NCBI RefSeq assembly: GCF_030028105.1
Contig: NC_092370.1
Location: 86,944,969 to 87,008,968, forward strand
Length of the DNA: 64,000 nucleotides
DNA from: Mobula birostris
Lineage: Eukaryota
Direction: 5' to 3'
Below the pieces are notes generated by a model. It did no database searches and was not told the DNA's origin. It saw nothing but the letters and a program-made list of their open reading frames with translations. Position 1 is the stretch's first letter. Each line of letters opens with the position of its first letter. Shown piece by piece: positions 39,291-52,399 of the stretch. Position numbers and translations under genes: made by a program.

Positions 39291-42200
39291 ACATCTTTCA
39301 ATTCTCCATCCCGACTATTGCAGTCCTTGGAATTGTTTCAGTTACAGGCAGCCACTAATATTTATGGCATAGGAATACCGGACGGTTTAAGCAGCATCTG
39401 AACTGACAACACTTGAGTTAATGTTTTATTTCGATGACTGTTCATCTGATTTCAACAGATCCTACTCAGAGCATCCAGCGTTTTAAATTGAGATTACTAG
39501 TGTTGTTTAAACACCCCTCCCCGGAGAAACTCAGCGACTCAGGCAGCATCTGTAAAGGCGGAAGGAGGGTCCCGGCTGAGTTACTCCAGCAGTTCGATTT
39601 TTTTCGCTCCAGGTTAAAGTATCTGCTCCCTCTTGTGTCTCAGTATTGTTCTGACAGTTCCTGTGAAAGGCAAAGAAGTGATACATACAAGTTCCCTTGC
39701 ACAACACACGAGGAAACTCTTATCAAATAAATTTTGAAACTTAAAAAGACAGCCTATTTCTGAACTCAGTAAACATCCATTATTTCAGATTTTTGTCAAT
39801 TTGTCTTTGATCAGTTTAGATCTGCTTATTTCAAATAATCCTATTATGTTACTGATGAGGAAGAAGTCTTCGCCCAGACGACTAACCCCAAAATTAGTAA
39901 ATTAAAAATCTTACAAGCAGAAAAGTATAATGAAGGTCAGTGTTTGTTGGATTAACGTTAATTAGACGCTCCAAGAACAGGTCCCATCTGAAAAGTTAAC
40001 CGATATTTCGGATCTGGTGTTGATAAATTTGTACAGTTCTTTTTAAATGTTTTGATGTTTATTGCTGCACTGTTTTATGATTTTGTTTATCTTCAATCTG
40101 TATTATCTAGTCTGATGGATAGCCATCCAAAAAAAATTATTAATATGTGGGACTCCGGCGAGAGTTTCTGCTAAATAACCCACAGCGCTTTGTTGTTAGC
40201 AGCGCTGGTTAAAGACCTTAAAAACTCCCTTTCGCAATTAGAAAAATCCCACTCAACTTTGGTATTCCGCGAGAGCAATTCATTTGCCATTCCCAAGGAA
40301 TCCACAAACTAAGAGAGAAAGTCGGTTCATTTATCATGTATTTTGCAATATCCAAAAATGATTAAACCATATTTACTCGAATTTAGATGCGTTTGTAATC
40401 TGCCTCACCTTTTATCTCATTCCATACTATTTCAGCGTCACGTCGACAGTTTTGCTTAGTCTGATCACGTGCAGTGAATGACTATTGGCAATGGCCACTA
40501 AAATACTTGGTAGTTAGGCAAGTAGGATTCTAGGTCGAAAATAGAAAGGAAAGTTATAACAATAACGAAAACCAGTACAAAAAAACAAAAATAGAAATAT
40601 TTGCAAATACGGAAAAGCAAAGTGGCGAGAAAGCCCATGTCAAGGTTTGGGCTTGAGTCAAAGTTACTTTCTTGAGTTGGGACTGGGGTTTATGATGAAT
40701 CAATTGTGCAGGGTGAGAGGTGCGTCATGGCGCAAGACGCATTAATATCGGTATCAATAAGCAGTTCCGGTGATTACGCGGGTTGAAAGTGCACTAAGAC
40801 TAGTTGGAGGCTCTGCTAAAATTCTTGCAGCTTTACGCTTAAAATGTTAAAATAAATTAAAAGGTCACCAGTAAGAAGACAAAATTACGCTTAGCCGTCT
40901 CCTGATCTGTTATTTTAAAATAGCAGCAGACGGCTGAGCGTGGCAAGAGTGAGAGTTTCAACAACACTCGCCGCCGAGAGCAGTCCGTTATATGTTTACT
41001 GACATAAGAACGTTAGTAATAAGGTACAGTCGTTCATCTATCGCTATCATTCACACAGACACGTCAACTCTCACCTCTCCTAATATTGGCATATCTGTGC
41101 ACTTGTAATGCTACTGTGACACTGTAATTTCCTTTGGGATCAATTAAGTATCTATCTATCTACCTACCGTTTAGGAAGATAGCATGCTTTATCCCCGTCG
41201 TAATTTGTAACTGTGATTTTCCTTTCTTTTGTCTACCTGGTAAAACAGTTTTGTGTGATTTCAGCTGTTTTTCTGATAGGAGTCAAAAATTGTTTTAAAC
41301 AAATTTATAACCCCAAGAAGATGTTTCTTATTCATCCATGAAGGGTTTGTTTGCATTCTAATTTCAAATATTCCCACATCTGATCAGCTGATATATTTCC
41401 TAGCATTTCCAACCAGATAAGCTAAACCAAATCATTTTATTTTAGTCTGAACTTTGTGTTATTATTCTTATATCAAACCCAATAAGGCACTTATCATTAT
41501 TTTTCAAGTTTTCTTAATCTTTTGTACATAATTATATTTCCAACTTTGAAACTAGTGTTTCATTCCATTAGTTTCAAGATAATGATAGAGAAGGATAGGT
41601 CTGGTCCTCGGTTTGAGATTCTAAATAGGTGAAAGGCCAATTTTGATGGCATCAGAAAGGATCTGGCAAGTGTGTTTTGGGATAGGTTGTCTCCTGACAA
41701 AGTGATGCTTAGAAGTGAGCGGCATTCAAAGGTGATGTTGAAGTAGTGAGAGAACAGAATTTGTATGTTCCTGTAGAATATAAGGCAAGGCTAACAGGTT
41801 TAGGAGACCTTGGTTTTCTGGAGTTATTGAGGTTATAAAGAAACAAAGGTGCACAGTAAGTACAGGCAGCAGAGAACAACTGCGGTGCTTGAAGAGTGTA
41901 AGAGCTGTGTGTGCGTACATAAGGGGGAAATCAGGAGGACTAAAAGAAGGCATGAAATTGTTCTGGCAGACAAGGTGTAGGAGAATCTTAAGGGTTTCTA
42001 CGGATATTTTAAGAGCAAAGGGATAATAAGGAATTATAAGGAATATTCCAATTGAAGATCAGCATGGTCATCTACTGTATGCACGGAGCAGAGAACTGAG
42101 ACAAAACACTAACATAGAAACATAGAATACCTACAGCACAATACAGGCCCTTCAGCTCACAAAGCTGTGTTGAACATGTCCTTACCTTAGAACTACATAG

Positions 42201-42709
42201 GTTTATGTCACAATGATGGGGGTATTGGGAGCAAGGGTGGACCCAAATGCAAGACACATCTTGTGAGGTTACTTAGATTTAGTTTATTGCTTGATACCAG
42301 GAGAGCAAGGCAGGAGCAGGAAATAGCGAACTGGACAAGGACTTAGGACTATGACTAGGCTGGGAATAAGGGTCCGGACTTGGGCTCGGAATCGGATCCC
42401 AGAACTAGAGGAGACATGAAGAGGCTAGGGTATGGACTCCGAGCCAGAGACTGGGCAAGGACCCAGTACCTGGGTCTTGCCTCCGGCTTGGACCCCAGAA
42501 CCAGGCATGGACATGACATGGGCTAGGGAGAGGAGGAACATAGGAACACAGAGCCTCGGTCTCGGGAGAGCAAGTACATGGAACCATGGACACATACACA
42601 GAACACAGAGTCGGGACCCCTCCTTGGGTACAGGACATAGGGCCGGGACTCACACATAGAACAGAGAGCCGGGACCCCTCCTTGGGTACAGGACATAGGG
42701 CTGGGACTC

Positions 42710-43000
42710 ATGACCCTCAGCGGGGCAACGGCAAGATGGCCTGACTTACCCCACGGAGGCAAGGACAAGACAAGACAAAACATGACCCCCTGCGGAGCAA
42801 CGGCAAGATGGCCTGACCTACCCCATGGAGGCGAGGACAAGGCAAGACAAGATATGACTCCCCGCGGGGCAACGGCAAGACGGCCTGACTTACCCCACGG
42901 AGGCAAGGACCAGACAAGACAAAACATGACCCCCTGCGGAGCAACGGCAAGATGGCCTGACTTACCCCACGGAGGCGAGGACAAGACAAGACAAGACAAG
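42710..43000. repeat. 72-bp tandem repeat x4 (alternating dimer)
   Basis: atgacccc..gcaacggcaagatggcctgacttaccccacggaggc.aggacaagacaagac; reads as a 24-aa repeat MTPCGATARWPDLPHGGKDKTRQN. Confidence 0.9.
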
Positions 43001-43145
43001 ACCAACACGAATGAACACCAGACAGTACCTATCTAGCACCAGCGATGGAACTAGACCGAAGTGCAGGAGGGGGCTGCAGATGAGGGCTAGAGGCAAGAGG
43101 GGCAGAGGAGGGATTCAGACAAGGGGGTAGGACAGGAATCACAGA

Positions 43146-43656
43146 CCGCCAGGGCCAGGACTTGACTTGGTGCTTGAATGCCACTAGGGACAGGACTTGA
43201 CTTGGTGCTAGAATGCCGGCAGGGCGAGGACTTGACTTGGTGCTTGAATGCTGCCAGGGCCAGGACTTGACTTGGTGCTTGAATGCCACTAGGGACAGGA
43301 CTTGACTTGGTGCTAGAATGCCGCCAAGGCGAGGACTTGACTTGGTGCTTGAATGCTGCCAGGGCCAGGACTTGGTGCTTGAATGCCGCCAGGGCCAGGA
43401 CTTGACTTGGTGCTTGAATGCCGCCAGGACCAGGACTTGACTTGGTGCTAGGATGCCGCCAGGGACAGGACTTGACTTGGTGCTTGAATGCCGCCAGGAC
43501 CAGGACTTGACTTGGTGCTTGAATACCGCCGGAGCCAGGACTTGACTTGGTGCTTGAATGCCGCCAGAGACAGGACTTGACTTGGAACTTGAATGCCCCC
43601 GGATCCAGTACTTGACTTGGTACTTGAATGCCCCCAGAGCCAGGACTTGACTTGGA
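43146..43656. repeat. 35-bp minisatellite, ~15 copies
   Basis: Unit gccgccagggccaggacttgacttggtgcttgaat; period 35, with one 30-bp unit. Confidence 0.95.
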
Positions 43657-44557
43657 GCCTCTGGGTAGTGGCGAGCTCTCGACTCGGCCCAGAAACAGTA
43701 GACAGCAGTTCTTGATTCCCTCCGGCGGGTTAACTGACGGACCCACCTCGGTGAGGAAACTTTGCAGGCTCGCTTTGGCGAGGTAACTGGACAGGGTTGC
43801 TCCGGTGAGGAAAAGGCGAATTACCGGCACTCGCTTCGGCAGAGACTAGGCTTGCTCTGGCCAGATGACATCGGCACACCGTACCTTAGATGACTTTGCA
43901 GACGCTCCCGCGCCGAACGGCTGAAAGCTGGAGACTATAAACTATCGGTTCAGCCGAGCGTTAATTGCCTCTAATCACCAAAGTCGAGGGACACGGGAAA
44001 ACAGGGAATCAACAGTCCGGATCATAACATAAACAAGGAAATTTAAAGGGACCCCGATCTGGACCATGACAGTTTACCCTTAGCCTTCTATTTTTCTAAG
44101 CTCCATGTACCTATCCAAGAGTCTCTTAAAAGACCCTATCATTTCCGCCTCTACCACCGCCACCGGCAGCCCATTCCACGTATTCACCACTCTCTGTGTA
44201 AAAAACTGACCCCTGACATTTCCTCTGTACCTACCTCCAAGCAACTTAAAACTGTGCCCGCTCGTGCTAGCCATTTCAGCCCTGGGAAAAAGCCTCTGAC
44301 TATCAACACAATCAATGCCTCTCATTATCTTGTACACTTCTATCAGGTCATATCTCATCCTCCGTCGCTCCAAGGAGAAAAGGCCAAGTTCACTCAACCT
44401 ATTCTCATAAGGTATGCTCCCCAATCCAGGCAACATCCTTGTAAATCTCCTCTGCACCCTTTCTATAGCTTCCACATCCCTCCTGTAGTGAGGTGACCAG
44501 AATTGAGCACAGTACTCCAAGTGGGGTCTGACCAGGGTCCTATATAACTGTAATATT

Positions 44558-45191
44558 AATATAATGTCTGTTGTTTGTCAAGTAGGGTGCCATGCACAAT
44601 CCTGATTTGATGGAGACGGACGTGAGAGCACGGAAGAACATCTGGAGAAACTTCTGAAATGCCCACTTCGCTGCTGCTGCTACTGTGTGGTCCGGAATCT
44701 CTGGAGGAGAAGGCCCCGAGTCCTCGGCTTTGCTTGTTGCTCGGCAGCCGGGGCGGGTTCGAAGCGCTCGGCAGAGGATGGTGCTCGGAGAGGCTAAATC
44801 GGAGGGGCTGGTCAGAGGCTTGAAGTTTTCAGACAGACTCAGAGTCGGCTGCGGTCAGGTGCTTCCGATGCATTGGCAAGTTGTTGGTGCTTGGAGGTTC
44901 ATGGCAGGGAGAGTCTCTCCCTTCTGCTGCCTGCGTTAGATGATGAGTCGATTGGGACTTTGAGACTTTTTTTTACCGTGCCCATGGTCTGCTCTTTATC
45001 AAGCTCTTTATCAAATTATGGTATTGCTTTGTATTGTTGTAACTATATGTTATAATTATGTGATTTCGTCAGTTTTAGTCTTGGTTTGCCCTTTTTTTGT
45101 GATGTCATTCTGGAGGAAAATTGTATCGTTTTTTAATGCATGCATTTCTAAATGACAATAAACGAGGACTGGGTATCCTCGTAATCTAATC
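44558..45191 (+). mobile_element. ~630-bp non-coding SINE-like non-LTR insertion
   Basis: TSD taatatt (44551-44557, 45192-45198); 3' end aataaa-cgaggac..gtatcctcg hairpin followed by (taatc)n. Confidence 0.7.
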
Positions 45192-47057
45192 TAATATTTC
45201 CTCTTGGCTCAAATTCAATCCCACGGTTGATGAAGGCCAATGCACTGTATCCCTTCTTAACCACCGAGTCAACCTGCGCAGCAGCTTTGAGTGTCCTATG
45301 AACTCGGACCCCAGTAGTGAGGTCATGGACCATATTCAGATTACAGATTTCCTCTTGCTGTCTTGAGGAAAATTAGAATGGATAAGTCCCCAGTGCCTGA
45401 TAAAGTGTTCCCCGGGACTTTCTGGCAGGCTAGTGCAGGAATTTCAACAGTTCGGGCAAAGGTACTTAAAACGTCCTCAGCCATGGGGAGGTGCAACAGA
45501 ACTAAACAATAGCTAATGTTGTTCCATTGTAACATTGATAATAATGTGATAAACTCTAGATCAGCAAATTTGCAGATGACATCAAAATTGGGGGTGTAAT
45601 GGACAGCGAGATAGGCAATCAAAACTTGCAGCTGGATCTGGACCAGCTGGAAAAATGGGCTGAAAAATGGCAGATGTAATTTAATTCAAATAAGTATGAG
45701 GTGTTGCACTTTGGGAGGACAACCACTTTGGCAGTGGTTATGACTATAATTTATAGAGTTCTTATTTTATATCATTATGTTACCAAAGTTCAAAGTACAT
45801 TTGTAATCAAAGTATATATACATTATACAGCCTTGAGATTCATCTAGCAGACAGCCACAAAACAAAGAAACCCAAAGGAACCGATAGGAAAAAGAACACC
45901 TCAATAGACAATGAAATTAGATATCATAAATGGAATTACTTTTCCTTGAAAGTCACGAACATCTGGAATAAGTTGCCGACAGGTACGAATTCACTGTACG
46001 TGTTGGAGTAGGAGATAGATTTATTTCTGCAAGTGGAAGGAATCACAAGTTAGATGGTGTAATGCTTCCAGCATTATGAATTCAATGAAGTTACTTATCA
46101 TAGTTGACACATTTATTTTAGTTAATTCTCCCAATGATATGACCCCCCCTGGGCTTGTAGACTATTCAATCCCAAGCACAATCCAATCCTCTAAATTTAA
46201 AAATTTCATACAGTAATTCTAATAATTCAAATAAGACCTTTGGTGGATCAATATTTTTATTCTACTGTCATCCTTTTGGCTTTATACCATAATTTTGATT
46301 GTTCAATCTCTCCTGCATTCCAACACATATCAGAGCTTTACCTGTGCCTCCCCTCCCACTCTTCTCTATATCTCTATATCTAACTTTTTCCACTTCCAAC
46401 ATGAGGCCTGAGATGCTAATTCCAATTTTCTCTCCATAGATGCTGTCTAAGTTGTTGAGTATTTATAGCACATTCTGTCTTTATTTACTAAATTGATCTC
46501 AGGTTTTATTTTGTTTGCTTTTAGGGATTGCACAATCGCAGGGTGGTCTAATAGCTGCAGTGATATGAATTGATTCATTAAGAGAGCACATGAGCAGTGG
46601 ACTAGTGAGATGATTTTTCATTGTACTTTTTTGGATCTTGCTGTAACATTGGCCTGGTACTGGATAGGCTTGATCAGTGTCAACCATAGCTATTTTCGCA
46701 GAACTCTCACATCAGGGTCAGAAGGTTGTGGATTCAAGTCCCACTCCAGGGATGGAAGTAGAATAAATGAGGTTGGCAGCAAAGTACAGAATGAAATGAG
46801 GTATAAAAAGAAGCTCCAATCCACCCCACCAAATAGACAGAAAGCATCCTATGAGACTATTTTTTGTATAAATGCAAGTCCTTTTTGTCAGAGATACATG
46901 CAACACGCATAGAATGCTGCAGGAGGTTAGCAGGTCAGGTAGCATCTATGGAGGGACGTAAACTGAACGTTTTCGGTCGAGAACCTTTTACCAGGACTGA
47001 AAAGGATGGGGGCAGAAGCCCCAATAACAAGGTGGAGAGAGAAGGAGGTAAGGTGCC

Positions 47058-47995
47058 CTATTTCTCACAATACACCAAGTGCGGTCTGACTATTGGCTTA
47101 TGAAGCCTCAGCATCATATCCTTGCTTTTGTATTCTAGTCCTCTCGAAATGAATGTTAACATTGCATTAGCCTTCCTTACCGCTGACTCAATCTGCAAGT
47201 TAACCTTTAGGGAATCCTGCACAAGAACTCCCAAGTCCCTTTGCATCTCATAGTTTTGAATTTTCTCCCCATTTTGAATAGTCCACACTTTTACTCCTTC
47301 TACCAAAGTGCATCACCATGCACTTCCCTCAACATTATTCCATCTGCCACTTCTTTGTCCATTCTTCCAATTTGTCTCAGTCCGTCTGCAGACACCCTGC
47401 TTCTTCAACACCACCTGCCCTTCCACCTATCTTTGTATCGTCTGCAAACTTGGTCACAAATCCATCAATTGCTTCTTCGATATCATTGACATAACGTGAG
47501 AAGAAGCAGTCCCTACACTGACCCCGATGGCACACCACTAATCACTAGCAGCCACCCAGTAAAGACCCCTTTATTCTTACCATTGGCCTCCTGCCATTCG
47601 GTCAATCTCTTTCCATGCTAGTATCTTTACCTGGCTAGCTGGTGGCGTAGTGGCATCAGCACTGGACTTCGGGGCGAGAGGTCCCTAGTTCTCCATCCGT
47701 GCCTGGGTTGAGTGTCAAGCTAATAACGCGACCTCATAAAAAAAACCTGAAGAGGGATGGGCTCCACCAGGTTTCAGATGCCCAAGACACACCGTACGAT
47801 GAACATACCATGATGGTGCCCCAACAACTCCACCAGGAGTTAAGGGCACACACACACACATCTTTACTTTAATACCATGGGCTCTTATCTTTTTAAGCAG
47901 TCTCATATGAGACACCTTGTCAAAGGCCTTCTAAAAATCCAAATAAACAACATCCACAGAGTCTCTGTTCTGCCTGTTATTTCTTCAAAGATCAT
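47058..47995 (-). mobile_element. CR1 fragment
   Basis: EMQRDLGVLVQDSLKVNLQ...RGLEYKSKD; DF.KAFDKVSH. Confidence 0.88.
47631..47859 (+). mobile_element. tRNA-derived SINE with (CA)n tail inserted in CR1
   Basis: A-box tggcgtagtgg, (CA)n tail, TSD atctttac (47623-47630, 47860-47867). Confidence 0.8.
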
Positions 47996-48589
47996 TTCAT
48001 TAACATTGTCTCCTGCCCTGCAGTGAAGTTCCTATCCTCTATCCAATTTTTGGGATGCTTTATCTTTATTCTTTCTCCTCACTTTCTGTATTTTAATATT
48101 GTGCCTATCTGCATCTACGTTTCTGTTTTTCACTTACTCAAATTGACCTTTTTGCCTCATAGTTCATCACTATGTTAGCTAAACCTTCATTCTGAGTCTA
48201 ATAAGTTACTTGGCGGCTCAGGTAAAATTGAATCCTAGCACCATTTAACAAAGTAGTGATACAAGGAAACACAGGTACAGGGATGTCAAGACTACTTTTT
48301 TATATATGCAAGGATTAACACCGGGATTAAAAAAAACTCCTGAGAAACTCAGGTAATGATATGTTAGTAATTTGACTTCCATAGAACACAATGCTAAAAG
48401 TCAGTATTTGACCATTATCTATCATTTTTGAAATTTCCATCTTAATGAAAGCATTTATGGTTATTTCATATAAATGTCAATCATTATTTTTAAAGCTGCT
48501 TCATATACTTCTGTAGTTTTGATGAAACATTTATTTGAAATATTAATCTAAATGGAAACGAGAGCTAAAACAGACCAACACAAGATTCA

Positions 48590-48755
48590 TGTCACATTAG
48601 CGCAGTGGTTAGCGAGATGCAATTACGGCTCAGGGCGTTGGAGTTCAATTCCAACGTCATCCGTAAGGAGTCTGTTTGTCCTCTCCATTGAATGCATGGG
48701 TTTCTTCGGGTGCTGCAGTCTCCTCCTACAGTCCAAAGATCTATTGGTTAATTTC
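48590..48755 (+). mobile_element. V-SINE (HE1-like) remnant
   Basis: tagcgcagtggttagc A-box, ggagttcaattcc B-box, gggtttcttcgggtgctgcagtctcctcctacagtccaaaga V-domain-like core. Confidence 0.7.
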
Positions 48756-50257
48756 AAAGTACCTGTTAGTAACTTGCTGAGAGTATTTTGCCCCACTTAC
48801 ACTATACGTGCAAACTTTATTGAAGAAGTGGGCTTGTTTTCAGTTGAAAAATGAGAAAATCTGCAGATGCTGGAAATACAAGCAACACACACAAACTGCT
48901 GGAGGAACACAGCAGGCCAGGCAGCATCTATGGAAAAGAGTACAATTGGCGTTTCGGACCGAGTCCCTTCAGCAGGATTGGAGAAAAAGCTGAGGAGTAG
49001 AGTTAAAAAGTGGGGGGAGCGGTAGACAAGGGAAACAAAAGGTGATATATGAAACCTGAAGGGGGAGCAATGAAGTAAAGAGCTTGGAAATTGGTGAAAG
49101 AGATACAAGGCTGGAGAAGGGAGAGTATGATAGAAGAGGACAGAAGGCCATGGGAGAAAGTGGGGGGGGGGAGCACCAGAGGGAGGGAATTGGAGTGCAA
49201 GGAGATAAGGTGAGAGAGGGAAAAGGGAATGGGGAAAGGTGAAGGTCACTACCAGAAGTTCGAGAAATCAATGTTCATGCCATCAGGTTGGAGGCTACCC
49301 AGACGGAATATAAGGTGTTATTATTCCACCCTAAGTGTAGCCTCATCACGACAGTGGAGACGGCCATGGATAGACATGGAAAGTGGAATTAAAATTGGTG
49401 GTCACTGGGAGATATCACTTTTTCTGGCAGACAGAGTGTAGGTGCTTGGCGAAGCAGTCTCCCATCTATGGCGGGTCTCACTGATATACAGGAGGCCACA
49501 CTGGGAGCACCAAACACAGTATATGGCCCCAACAGTCTCATAGGTTAAGTGTCGCCTCACCTGAAAGGACTGTTTGGACCTGGACTATACCTCCTCCCAC
49601 CCTGTTACTTGTAAAAACGCCATCCCCTTCCCTGAATTCCTCAGTCTCCGCCGTATTTGCTGTCAGGATGAGGCTTTTCATTCCATATCGAAGATGTCCT
49701 ACTTTTTCAAAGAGAGGGGTTTCCTCTTCCTCCACCATCAATGCTGCCCTCAATCACACCTCTTCCATTTCACACACGTCTGCTCTTACCCCATCCTCTC
49801 ACCACCCTACTAGGGATAGGGTTCCTCTTGTCCTCACCTACCACACCAGCCTTTGTGTCCAGCACATAATTCTCCTCAGCTTCCACCATCTCCAACAGGA
49901 TCCCACCACGAAGTACATCTCACCCCCCCCCCAGCCCCCCCCCACACACACACACAGCCTTTCTGCTTTCCACAGGAACGCTCCCTTCGTGACTCCCTTG
50001 TCCATTTGTTCCCCTCCCCCCACTGATCTCCCTCCTGGCACTTATCCTTGCAAACGGAACAAGTGCTACACCTGCCCAACACCTCCTCCTCACTACCATT
50101 CAGGGCCATTAACAGTTCTTCCAGGTGAGGCGACACTTCACCTGCGAGTCTGTTGGGGTCATATACTGTGTCCGGTGCTCCTGGTGTGACCTCCTGCATA
50201 TTGGTCAGATCCGACGTAGATTTGGAGATCGCTTCGCCGAGCACATCTCCCAGTGGC

Positions 50258-50447
50258 TGTTGTGTTCTTATATTTATACGTACCGTGGGTTAACAATAAA
50301 GAATCATATTCTGAAAGAATTAGAACTTTTATTTACAGCAACAAAGCCAAACCACGTTTTTACCAAGCCACGTTCCAGATCATTCTATCATTTCTGCGCA
50401 TGCTCAGAACCCTTTCCAATCACGTTCTTACACGTGATATCACCACA
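50258..50447 (-). repeat. 3' LTR, preceded by the polypurine tract AAGGAAAGGAAGA (50448-50460)
   Basis: Direct repeat of 52400-52590. Confidence 0.95.
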
Positions 50448-50734
50448 TCTTCCTTTCCTTAAAAACAAAAACAATTAGCCACATTAACCAGAACAAACGC
50501 ATAATTTAACATGTTTTTATCAGTCTCTCTGGGGTTTACGAACACGAGGAGACCTTCTAAGTGGTTCACACAGTCCTTGTGTTTTGTTGTTTTTCCATGT
50601 TTTGTCTGGTTTGCATCAGTTAACTAAAACTCTGAAGTTGGCTCTTTCTTAAGGTCTTTGCGATTTCTTCTTAACACTGCTCTTTCTTCTGTTTGGACCA
50701 TGTATGACCTGCGTTGTACTTCTTCAAGTACTGT

Positions 50735-51135
50735 AGCTTTCTTAATTCCTTCCACTTCCACTTGTAATGAAATACGAATCTTCTTTTCTTCATCTAATTT
50801 ATCCATTCACTGTGTAATCTCTTTTTTATGCTGAGACTTCATCATTTCAATAACACTTCTCAATTCCTTCACTTGTGCTTTCACTTCTTCAATTGGATCC
50901 TGATTCTTGTCATTCTTTGGCTTCAGATCAGTATTGTACTGTACTGGCAAGTTTGGCCTCTGTCCTCCTGCAGAGGTGAGATTGTGATGGAATGCATGGC
51001 CCATTGATGCATGTGCATTACTTCCAGAGGGCAAAATTGCAACTCCTGGTTGTGGTGGCAATGCTTTGTCAGATGCTGGTAACAAAAGGATGGGTCTGGG
51101 AGCTTTCTTTATGACTTCTAGCCATTCTATTCTGT
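50735..51135 (-). pseudogene. SH3KBP1: Captured intronless fragment of SH3KBP1 (CIN85) C-terminus including the coiled coil
   Basis: SDKALPPQPG...GQRPNLP..NTDLKPK...[52 protein letters not shown] versus recalled human SDNKASLPPKPG...[53 protein letters not shown]. One in-frame TGA at 50807-50809. Confidence 0.88.
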
Positions 51136-52386
51136 CACCGTATTCTGACTCTGTGTCACTGTCCAGGACTAAGACTCTTTTCACCAAATTCAGTCTCTCA
51201 CAGACAGATAGACCCAGTATTGACTGTACATTCTTTGGCACCACCACAAATGAAAGCATGTGCACAATATTTTTGTGTGATACTTTTACCACACATGTTC
51301 CTTTAACTGGAATGTCTGCACCTGAATACCCAGTCACTTTTACATTTGTCTTATATAACTTTGGTCTTGGCTTTAATACATTAAACTCAGATTCTGCAAG
51401 AATATTTACTTGTGCTTCAGTACCAAGCACAAACAGAATATTGTTTTGCTTCACTTGCAATGGAATAGTCCAGTCATTCTTACTTTGTTTTCACAGAGCA
51501 TATCTATATAAAACTCCTCAAGTTCATTTTCAAGCACTGAATTTACTTGTTTTATTTTCATTCTACTTCTGCAACAGAGTGAAAAATTATTACTGTTACC
51601 GCAGTTGCTGCAGATTTTCCCATATGCTGGACACTGTTTAGGTCGATGCTGCCCACAGCGATCACATAGCTTAATTCTCTCAGATGACATCTTGCTCTCT
51701 GTCGGTTTTGTTGTCGTATTATTATTTATTCTAATATGTTTGCACTTTTTCACAGTGCAGCTCTGAATGAAAAGCTCTTTAGCCCGTGACATCATGGTTT
51801 CTGAAGCTTTGCAAAGCATCAAAGCTTTTGCTGTCTAAATCTTGTTCTCTTAACAGTCTTTCTCTCACACCATTATCCCAAATGTCACAAACAACTCTGT
51901 CTTTAGTGAGAGAGTCTGTCAGTTCTGCAAACTCGCATGATTTACTCCTGTGTCTCAACTCCATATTGATCAATTGTTTCAGCAGCTCTCTACGCACGTG
52001 TAAAAAATTTATGCCTTCCATACGTCACATTATGCTTCGGTATGCTTTAAATTTGTCCATTATCGATCCAATTTCAAATTACCTCCATCTTCAAAAATAA
52101 AGTGATTATATACCTCAATTGCGTCATCACTATTATGTGGAGTAGAAGCGCAGCTTTTGTTTTTTCCGGTTTTCTATCAGCTTCGATCGCCGATAAATAT
52201 ATTTCAAAACACTGCTTGAATTTTCTCCAGTTCTCAGCTACATTCCCAATCAGCTGAAGTGTCAGTGGAGGTTGCAAGCCTTCCATTTTTAAAACTGTTA
52301 GCGAACACCAGAACAGTTTGAACTCTTTTTTTCTTCGATTATCTTCGCTTCTCCCATGTTAGTGAACATATTATTCTTCCAGACCG

Positions 52387-52399
52387 ACTTCTGACACCA
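52387..52399 (-). other. Primer-binding site, tRNA-Leu type
   Basis: TGGTGTCAGAAGT immediately inside the 5' LTR, complementary to the tRNA-Leu 3' end ACTTCTGACACCA. Confidence 0.85.

Larger units (their letters stand above)
42206..44071 (-). mobile_element. Long solo LTR (1866 bp, Gypsy-like) with internal tandem arrays
   Basis: TGTCA...TGACA termini, 5-bp TSD gttta (42201-42205, 44072-44076), minus-strand AATAAA near 42284, no internal coding domains. Confidence 0.85.
42111..45312 (-). mobile_element. CR1 3' portion split by a solo LTR and a second insertion
   Basis: EYCAQFWSPHYRRDVEAIERVQRRFTRMLPG...FFTQRVVNTWNGLP; tail aacatagaaacatagaa at 42111. Confidence 0.92.
41555..45725 (+). mobile_element. 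Outer CR1 fragment (41555-42110 and 45315-45725) hosting nested insertions
   Basis: Both pieces are colinear with the 20805-22970 CR1 (tttgagattctaaat...gaaggccaattttga; DKSPVPDKVFP; KFADD). Confidence 0.8.

Noticed and set aside
43146-43656. CRISPR-like regular array
   Set aside because: The units are contiguous 35-bp repeats with no unique spacers, there are no cas genes, and it lies inside a eukaryotic LTR.
43087-43830. 247-aa ORF (and 42523-43036 ORFs) as genes
   Set aside because: These are translations of tandem repeats; the 35-bp unit cycles through all three frames.
46705-46750. tRNA gene
   Set aside because: Only a B-box/T-arm-like piece is present, consistent with a SINE head. 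The same applies at 47640 and 48598.
50735-51135. Genuine SH3KBP1 gene exon
   Set aside because: It has no splice sites, lies inside LTR internal sequence with a TSD, contains an in-frame stop, and no other SH3KBP1 exons are nearby.
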